The translations under genes and the position numbers were made by a program. A DNA stretch of 64,000 bases from Candidatus Dormibacter sp. (GTDB lineage: Bacteria > Chloroflexota > Dormibacteria > CF-121): positions 74,811 to 138,810 of the forward strand of contig JBDTEO010000029.1 in the NCBI GenBank assembly GCA_039922495.1. The letters are read 5' to 3'. The notes under the pieces were generated by a model. That model was not told the origin of the DNA and made no database searches. It worked only from the letters and a program-made list of their open reading frames with translations. Shown here in pieces: positions 57,625 to 64,000 of the stretch (its first letter is position 1; each line of letters starts with the position of its first letter).

Positions 57625-59001
57625 ATGCCTGAGGCGCTGGTCCCACCCCGTTTACGTATTGCCGGGGCGCCGCTGACGTTCGAGCCGCATGCCTTCTCCA
57701 GGCCTCGCCCCCACGGCCGCAAGCGCCCCCCATCCGGGAAACGCTTCCACCTCTGGGTGAGCGGTTGCCAGATGAATGAATCTGACGCCGATTACCTGGC
57801 CCAGGGGCTCGGGTCGGCCGGATTCGAGGCCGTCGAGGACCTCGACGACGCCGATCTCGCCATCCTGGTCACCTGCTGCGTGCGGCAGAACGCGGAGCAG
57901 AAGGCGTACGGCCGCTTCCGCGAGCTGAAGGGCTGGAAGCAGGCTCGCCCTGGACGGGCGATCGCCATGACCGGATGTATGGCCAACAAGGAGAAGGACC
58001 GCCTCTATGAGCGGCTGCCCGACCTCGACTATCGCTTCGATATGCGGCAGTACGAAGCCTTCATTGAAGACCTCCACGGCGAGTATGAGACCGATCCGGC
58101 GCAGACCGGCGGCGCCGTCCTGCAGCACGGCCTGACTGCCTACGTCCCGGTGATCTTCGGCTGCAACGAGGTCTGCAGCTTCTGCATCGTTCCCTTTGTG
58201 CGGGGGACCGAGCGGAGCCGGCCGCTCACTGACGTCGTTGAGGATGTCACCCGCTTCGCGAACCAGGGGGTGCGGGAAGTTACGCTGCTCGGCCAGACCG
58301 TCAATTCCTATCGCGACCCGGAGACGGGTGCCAGGCTGGCCACCCTGCTCGACGCCGTCGGCCGGGTGCCCGGCATCTGGCGTGTACGCTTTCTGACTTC
58401 GCACCCACGCCACTTCCACGATGACCTGCTGCTCGCCATCCGCGATCTCCCGCGGGTCTGCGAGCATCTGCACCTACCCTTCCAGTCCGGAGACGACGTC
58501 ATCCTCAAGCAGATGCGCCGCCGCTACACTCGCGAGGAATACCGAGCCTGCATTGCGCACGCTCGCGCCCTCGTCCCCGACCTCTCGGTTTCGACCGACG
58601 TGATCGTCGGCTACCCGGGCGAAACGGAGGAGCAGTTTCAGCGGACCCTGTCGCTGCTCGAGGAGATCAAGTTTGACGTCGTCCATATCCAGGGCTTTTC
58701 GCCCAGGCCGCGGACGACGGCGGCGCGACAGGCTGACGACGTTGCGCCGCAGGAAAAGAAGCGCCGGATCAATCTGCTGCTGGGCGCCCAACGGCGGATC
58801 GCCGAGGAAGCCAACCGGCGCTGGATCGGCCGCACCGTCGAGGTCCTGGTCGAGCGTGCCGACGGCGGCGAAGTCAGCGGGCGCAGCCGGCAGAACAAGG
58901 TCGTCATCGGCGCGGCGCCGCTCGGGGCGGACGTCGGCACGGTTCGCCTGGTCACGGTCGAGGACGCCACCGCCTGGCAGCTGCGCGGCCAGGTTGTCTA
59001 A
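57625..59001 (+). CDS. miaB: tRNA-2-methylthio-N6-dimethylallyladenosine synthase
   Basis: GCQMNESD, radical-SAM CNEVCSFCIVP, C-terminal TRAM domain. The N-terminal 40 or so residues are non-conserved, so the true start may be later. Confidence 0.88.
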   Translation: MPEALVPPRLRIAGAPLTFEPHAFSRPRPHGRKRPPSGKRFHLWVSGCQMNESDADYLAQGLGSAGFEAVEDLDDADLAILVTCCVRQNAEQKAYGRFRELKGWKQARPGRAIAMTGCMANKEKDRLYERLPDLDYRFDMRQYEAFIEDLHGEYETDPAQTGGAVLQHGLTAYVPVIFGCNEVCSFCIVPFVRGTERSRPLTDVVEDVTRFANQGVREVTLLGQTVNSYRDPETGARLATLLDAVGRVPGIWRVRFLTSHPRHFHDDLLLAIRDLPRVCEHLHLPFQSGDDVILKQMRRRYTREEYRACIAHARALVPDLSVSTDVIVGYPGETEEQFQRTLSLLEEIKFDVVHIQGFSPRPRTTAARQADDVAPQEKKRRINLLLGAQRRIAEEANRRWIGRTVEVLVERADGGEVSGRSRQNKVVIGAAPLGADVGTVRLVTVEDATAWQLRGQVV

Positions 59002-61560
59002 ACGACGGCGCTAAAGTCCGTCCCGATCCTCGACCAGTATCAACGCATCAAGCGGGATCACCCGAATGCGATCCTGCTCTTTCGGCTGGGTGACTTCTAC
59101 GAAACCTTCGGGGAGGACGCTGAGCGCAGCGCCCCGATCCTCGGGATCACGCTAACCTCGCGCGAGCTGGGGAAGGGACAACGGGTGCCAATGGCCGGCA
59201 TCCCGTACCACGCGAGCGAGGCCTACGTCGGCAAACTCCTCCGCGCCGGCCTGCGGGTCGCCGTCTGCGACCAGGTCGAGGACGCTGAGGTCGCCCGCGG
59301 CCTGGTAAAGCGCGAGGTGGTCCGGGTGCTGACGCCGGGGACCGTCCTGGAAGAGGCCTACCTCGACGGGTCAAAAAGCAATTACGTGGTGGCGATCTCG
59401 CCGCGCCTGCACCATCACGGGATCGCTGCCCTCGACTGCTCGACCGGCGAGCTGGCGCTGATCCGGATGGACCCGTCCGAGGCCGCCATCCGGGATGAGC
59501 TCGCCCGGCTCCGTCCCGCCGAAATCATCGCGGCCGACGCCGAGCGGTCGGTGCTACAGCCCTTGATTGCCGGCACGCCGGTCACCTGGGTCGAGGCTTC
59601 GGACTTCGACGCCCGGGCGGGGGCCGACCGCCTGCGCACGATGCTCGGGGTCGAAACGCTCGCGGCCTTTGGCTGCGAGGAATGGCCCGAGGCGCTCGCC
59701 GCCGGACACGCCGCGCTCGCCTATGCCGAACGAACCCATCTTCGACTGAAGCCCGGCCTGATCCGGCTGCACGCCGAGCATCCACAGGCCTTCATGCACC
59801 TGGACTCCGGGACCCGGCGGAGCCTGGGCCTGCAAAGCGGCCGCGAGCTGCCCGCCGAGGAGGACCTGCTCCGGCTGATGGGTGAGGAAACGACCACCCC
59901 GATGGGTGCTCGGACGCTACGGCGCTGGCTCGATCAGCCGCTCAGGGTCCGGGAGCGGCTGGACAGCCGCCTCGAACGCGTGGCGACCCTGGCCGCCGAC
60001 GCGCTCGGGCGAGGCGAGCTTCGAGCCGCGCTCAAGGGGATGCCAGACCTGGAGCGCACCGTCGCGCGTGTCGGCCAGGGGCTGGCCAGCCCGCGCGAGC
60101 TGCGTCAGCTCCAGCGGGGCCTCGAGCTGTTGCCGGCCGTCCATCGGGCCGGCGCCCGCTGGGAGGACCTGGCCGCACCGCCGCTTCCAGCCGCGAGCAC
60201 CGAGCTCCAACAGGAATTGGTCCGGGCGCTGGTCGACGAGGTGCCCGCCACCTTTCGCGAGGGCGGCGTCTTTCGCGCCGGCTACGATCCCGAGCTCGAC
60301 GCGATTCGTGAGGGCTCGCGGGAGGCGCGCGAGTGGATCGCCCAGCTCGAAGGCGCCGAACGCGAGCGGACCGGGATCCGTTCCCTGCGCGTCGGCTTCA
60401 ACCAGGTGTTCGGCTACTACATCGAAGTGGGGCACGCCAACCGCGAGCCGATCCCGGCCGATTACACGCGCAAGCAGACGCTCGTCAATGGCGAGCGATA
60501 CGTCACGCCCGAACTGAAAGAGAAGGAAAGCCTGGTCCTGAACGCGCGCAGCGCGATGATCGGTCGCGAACACGGACTCTTTCGCGAGCTGGCGCATCGG
60601 ATCACCAGTGCCGGCAGCGTGCTCCTCGACGTGGCCGCCTGGGTCGGCGAGCTCGACGCCCTGGCGGCGCTGGCGCAGCTCGCCGTTCGGCACCGCTGGG
60701 TTCGACCGGAGCTGCGCGAGGAGCCGGGCATCCAGATCACGGGCGGCCGGCATCCGCTGGTCGAACAGGCCCTCGGCCCCGGGCGGTTCGTGCCCAACGA
60801 CCTGCACCTTGACCCGCCCGATGCGCGGATCGTGCTCCTCAGCGGCCCAAACATGGCGGGCAAGTCGACCTATCTGCGCCAGGCGGGCATCATCGTCCTC
60901 CTCGCGCAGGTGGGCAGCTTCGTCCCGGCGGAGGCGGCGGTCATCGGGCTCTGCGATCGGATTTTCACTCGGGTCGGCGCCCACGACGAGCTGGCGCGGG
61001 GACTGTCCACCTTCATGGTGGAGATGGTGGAGACTGCCCACATCCTGTCCCACGCCACCGCGCGCAGCCTCCTGATCTTCGACGAAGTCGGTCGCGGAAC
61101 CAGCACCTATGACGGCGTCAGCATTGCGCAGGCCATCCTGGAATACCTGCACGACGCGCCGCAGATCCATTCCCTGACGATCTTCGCCACGCATTACCAC
61201 GAACTCACGGCACTGAGCGAACGATTGCCGTCGCTCGCGAACTACCGGATGGAAGTCCGCGAAGAGGGCGACCGCGTGGTCTTCCTGCACCAGGTGGTCG
61301 AGGGCGGCGCCGATCGCAGCTATGGGATTCATGTCGCCAAGCTCGCCGGCATTCCACCCCAGGTGGTGGTCAGGGCTCGCCAGATCCTGCAGGCGTTGGA
61401 AGGCGAGCGGCCGCTGGAGCCGCCGGACGCCAGCGCCCAGCTCCAGCTGCCCATCGAGCATCCGATCGTGCAGGAATTGCAGCAGCTCGACCTCGAACGC
61501 GTCTCGCCGCGGGAGGCGCTCGAACGCCTCTTCGCCTGGCAGGGCCGTGGCCGAGACTGA
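59002..61560 (+). CDS. mutS: DNA mismatch repair protein MutS (no canonical start codon before domain I)
   Basis: The frame is open directly after the miaB TAA. VPILDQYQRIKRDHPNAILLFRLGDFYETF (Phe-x-Glu mismatch motif) lies upstream of the first ATG/GTG/TTG (GTG 59185). Walker A GPNMAGKST. The exact start is unknown (59002-59026). Confidence 0.88.
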   Translation, partial: TTALKSVPILDQYQRIKRDHPNAILLFRLGDFYETFGEDAERSAPILGITLTSRELGKGQRVPMAGIPYHASEAYVGKLLRAGLRVAVCDQVEDAEVARGLVKREVVRVLTPGTVLEEAYLDGSKSNYVVAISPRLHHHGIAALDCSTGELALIRMDPSEAAIRDELARLRPAEIIAADAERSVLQPLIAGTPVTWVEASDFDARAGADRLRTMLGVETLAAFGCEEWPEALAAGHAALAYAERTHLRLKPGLIRLHAEHPQAFMHLDSGTRRSLGLQSGRELPAEEDLLRLMGEETTTPMGARTLRRWLDQPLRVRERLDSRLERVATLAADALGRGELRAALKGMPDLERTVARVGQGLASPRELRQLQRGLELLPAVHRAGARWEDLAAPPLPAASTELQQELVRALVDEVPATFREGGVFRAGYDPELDAIREGSREAREWIAQLEGAERERTGIRSLRVGFNQVFGYYIEVGHANREPIPADYTRKQTLVNGERYVTPELKEKESLVLNARSAMIGREHGLFRELAHRITSAGSVLLDVAAWVGELDALAALAQLAVRHRWVRPELREEPGIQITGGRHPLVEQALGPGRFVPNDLHLDPPDARIVLLSGPNMAGKSTYLRQAGIIVLLAQVGSFVPAEAAVIGLCDRIFTRVGAHDELARGLSTFMVEMVETAHILSHATARSLLIFDEVGRGTSTYDGVSIAQAILEYLHDAPQIHSLTIFATHYHELTALSERLPSLANYRMEVREEGDRVVFLHQVVEGGADRSYGIHVAKLAGIPPQVVVRARQILQALEGERPLEPPDASAQLQLPIEHPIVQELQQLDLERVSPREALERLFAWQGRGRD

Positions 61561-61561
61561 G

Positions 61562-63253
61562 ATGGGGAACGGCCGGATCGCGGTACTGCCGGCCGCGGTC
61601 GCGGACGGGATTGCCGCCGGCGAGGTCGTCGACCGGCCGGCCGCGGTCGTCAAGGAGCTGCTGGAAAACGCGATCGATGCCGGTGCGGGACACATCGACG
61701 TTCGGGTCCGCAACGCCGGCCAGGGCCTGATCGAGGTGGTCGACGACGGCCGCGGGATGCCGGCCGAGGATCTACCGCTGGCCTTCCGGCGGCACGCGAC
61801 GAGCAAGATCCGCTCGCTCGAGGACATGCGGGCGGTGACCACGCTTGGCTTTCGCGGCGAGGCATTGGCTAGTATTGCCGCGGTCTCCCGGGTGGAGGCT
61901 GTCAGCCGGCCGCGCGATGGGGGAGGGGATAGGGGAGCTGGCCGCGTCGTGGTCGAGGCCGGCACCGTGGTCGACGCCGGCAGCCAGGGGAGCCCACCGG
62001 GGACCCGGGTCTCGGTCACGCGGCTCTTCTTCAACACGCCGGCGCGCTTGAAATTCCTGAAGCAGCCGGCGACGGAAAACGGCGCCATCGTCCGCCTCGT
62101 CACCGAGATGGCGCTGGCCCACCCGGGCGTGAGCCTGCGCCTCGAGCTGGATCGGCGGCGCGTGATCGAGACCCAGGGGGATGGGGATTTACGAGCGACC
62201 TTCGCCGCGCTCCACGACCCGGCGATGGCGGGCGCGATGCTCGCGATCGACGACGCGCCGGTGCATGGCCTGATCAGCCCGCCCGCGATGCATCGACCCA
62301 CGCGCGATCACGTCGTGATCCTGGTGAACGGCCGCCGAATTCAGCACCGCAACCTGAGCTTCGCGCTCGAACAGGCCTACCGTGGCCTGCGCGAGACGGA
62401 CCGGTTTCCGCTGGCGGTCCTCGAAATCCGGCTCGATCCGGCCGAGGTCGACGTCAACGTTCACCCGACCAAGCGTGAGGTGCGCTTTCGCAACGAGGGG
62501 GCGATCTTCGCCGCGATCGAGCGCGCCTGCTATCACGCGCTACGCCGGAGCCCGGTGTACGAGCTGGGATCGGCTCCCGGTGGGGCCCCCTTCGCGCTGC
62601 GCGAGACCGCCACGGTGGCCTGGCCAGCCGCCCCGGCCGGCGGATCGACGCCGGCAACGGACTCGATCGGCCAAGGGCCGGCGCTGCCGCCGCTGCGGTA
62701 CGTCGGCCAGCTGCTCAACGGCTACCTGGTCGCCGAGGCTCCGGCGGCGGCGGTCCTGATCGACCAGCACGCGGCCCATGAGCGGATCCTCTACGACGGG
62801 ATCCTGCGACGACTGACGGAGCGCCGACCCTCCAGCCAGATGTTCCTGATCCCACACGTGGTCGAGCTGAGCGCGCCCCAGGCCGCCGCCTTCGAACAGC
62901 ACACCGCCTGGCTCCAGTCGCTCGGCTTCGAGGGCACCAGCTTTGGACCCGAGCGCATCCGGCTCACCGCGGCGCCAGCCGAGCTTCCAGAGAGTCAAAT
63001 CAACCTGGTGCTGGCGCGATTGCTTGACGATCTCGACGCCGATCGCACCCCGGACCGCCGCCTGCGGGAGACCGCCGCCCTGATCGCGTGTCACAGCGCG
63101 GTGCGTTTTGGCGACGCCCTCGAGCCCGAGGCCGCGCGTCAGCTGCTGAGCTCGCTGGCCGCGACGGCCGAGCCGATCAGCTGCCCGCATGGCCGCCCAA
63201 CCACCCTGGTGCTCCCGGACTCGCAGCTGAGGCATCTATTCAAACGCCCGTAG
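61562..63253 (+). CDS. mutL: DNA mismatch repair protein MutL
   Basis: ATG 61562. GHKL ATPase motifs VVKELLENAIDAG and DDGRGM. The C-terminal dimerisation domain has a degenerate endonuclease-motif region (DQHAAHERILY). Confidence 0.92.
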   Translation: MGNGRIAVLPAAVADGIAAGEVVDRPAAVVKELLENAIDAGAGHIDVRVRNAGQGLIEVVDDGRGMPAEDLPLAFRRHATSKIRSLEDMRAVTTLGFRGEALASIAAVSRVEAVSRPRDGGGDRGAGRVVVEAGTVVDAGSQGSPPGTRVSVTRLFFNTPARLKFLKQPATENGAIVRLVTEMALAHPGVSLRLELDRRRVIETQGDGDLRATFAALHDPAMAGAMLAIDDAPVHGLISPPAMHRPTRDHVVILVNGRRIQHRNLSFALEQAYRGLRETDRFPLAVLEIRLDPAEVDVNVHPTKREVRFRNEGAIFAAIERACYHALRRSPVYELGSAPGGAPFALRETATVAWPAAPAGGSTPATDSIGQGPALPPLRYVGQLLNGYLVAEAPAAAVLIDQHAAHERILYDGILRRLTERRPSSQMFLIPHVVELSAPQAAAFEQHTAWLQSLGFEGTSFGPERIRLTAAPAELPESQINLVLARLLDDLDADRTPDRRLRETAALIACHSAVRFGDALEPEAARQLLSSLAATAEPISCPHGRPTTLVLPDSQLRHLFKRP

Positions 63254-63261
63254 GCTCGCGG

Positions 63262-64000
63262 CTGCTGGTGGTTGTCGGCCCGACCGCAAGCGGCAAGACC
63301 GCCTTCGCCACCGGGCTGGCGGAGCGATTCGGCGGCGAGTTGATCTCGGCCGACTCCCGCCAGGTCTATCGCCACTGTGACATCGGCACCAACAAGCCGA
63401 GCGCCAGCGAACTGCACGGGATTCCCTGCCACCTGCTCGATGTCGTCGACCCCGGCACCGCCTTTACGGTCGCCGACTATGTGCCGCTGGCGCAGCGCGC
63501 GCTCACCGCGGTCTGGGGCCGGGGCCGGCTGCCGGTGTTGCAGGGCGGTACCGGCCTCTACATCCGGGCGTTGCTGGACGGCTGGAACCTCGCCGATGCG
63601 CCGCCTGATCCCCGGGTCCGCGCGGCGCTCGAAGATCGCCTGGAACAGGAGGGGCCAGCCGCGCTCGATGCGGAGCTGCGGCGGATCGATCCGCAGGCGG
63701 CCGACCGGGCGCAGCAGAACCCGCGCCGCATGATCCGCGCCCTCGAGATCTATACGATCACCGGCCAACCGCCAACCGCAGCGCGACGAGCGAACCCGCC
63801 AGCCTGGGCGATCACTGCCCTCGGCCTCGACGTCCCGCTGGCCGAGTTGGACCAACGCATTGAGTCGCGCGTCCTGCGGATGCTCGCGGATGGCTTCGTC
63901 GAGGAGGTGGCTCGCATCCGGAGGGACTATCCGGCGGCGGATTTCGGCCGGCTCGGCCACGGCTATCCGGAAATGGCGCGTCATCTCGATGGCGACCTGA
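63262..64000 (+). CDS. miaA: tRNA dimethylallyltransferase (3' end runs past the window)
   Basis: LLVVVGPTASGKT P-loop, SADSRQVYRHCDIGTNKP, LQGGTGLYIRALL. Not in the ORF track because no stop falls inside the window. The start is uncertain (CTG 63262/63265 or GTG 63268). Confidence 0.88.
   Translation, partial: MLVVVGPTASGKTAFATGLAERFGGELISADSRQVYRHCDIGTNKPSASELHGIPCHLLDVVDPGTAFTVADYVPLAQRALTAVWGRGRLPVLQGGTGLYIRALLDGWNLADAPPDPRVRAALEDRLEQEGPAALDAELRRIDPQAADRAQQNPRRMIRALEIYTITGQPPTAARRANPPAWAITALGLDVPLAELDQRIESRVLRMLADGFVEEVARIRRDYPAADFGRLGHGYPEMARHLDGDL

Noticed and set aside
59917-62301. A 794-aa ORF on the minus strand, antisense to mutS/mutL. Similar long antisense ORFs occur at 1649-3082, 3703-4605, 14.., 27783-28979, 45913-47214, 49333-51183 and 52496-53548.
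   Set aside because: These are shadow ORFs of the kind expected in GC-rich DNA, where stop codons are depleted. Their translations are Arg/Gly/Pro/Ala-rich with no motifs. In every case the opposite strand encodes an unmistakable conserved protein.

Overview
This is a GC-rich (by eye about two-thirds G+C) bacterial chromosomal core segment. I call about 62 protein genes and one tRNA-Val(GAC). Almost all are on the + strand, tightly packed, and many are joined by 4-nt NTGA start/stop overlaps.

Content is housekeeping:
- DNA repair and recombination: dinG-like exonuclease-helicase, mpg, ruvCAB, two UDG-superfamily genes, cinA/pncC-recA-recX, mutS-mutL.
- Translation: metG, thrS, infC-rpmI-rplT, pheST, tyrS, rimP-nusA-ylxR-infB-rbfA-truB-ribF-rpsO-pnp.
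- tRNA and rRNA modification: rsmI, rsmA, queA, tgt, miaB, miaA.
- RNA decay: RNase J, RNase Y, PNPase, an NrnA-like protein.
- Others: secDF, ftsK, PBP1A, two MFS transporters.

The gene order (cinA-recA-recX-rny-ymdB-spoVS-miaB-mutS-mutL-miaA, and the nusA-infB-rpsO-pnp block) resembles Firmicutes or Chloroflexota despite the high GC. I cannot assign the taxon from sequence alone.

I see no rRNA, CRISPR array, transposase, integrase, prophage or recognisable defence or toxin-antitoxin module. I do not think the window holds a novel multi-gene system.

The most unusual signal is translational. About ten genes encode conserved N-terminal residues upstream of the first in-frame ATG/GTG/TTG.
- CTG starts are implied for rpsO (consensus SD, exact M-A-x-T alignment), for tatD, tgt and an MFS gene (each a CTGA overlap), and for the DagK-like gene, miaA and the nrnA-like gene.
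- infC, infB and mutS have no usable CTG start at all. mutS domain I follows the miaB TAA directly, in the same frame.

Secondary observations:
- a degenerate HIGH motif in MetRS
- an L20-leader-like attenuator upstream of infC
- recurrent TATACT/TAGAAT -10 boxes, several at leaderless distance from the start codon
- a probable frameshift in a DinB-family gene
- a lower-GC 580-bp island with a small zinc-ribbon ORF upstream of thrS

All start-codon and promoter calls are inferences from sequence and remembered family conservation. No database search was run.
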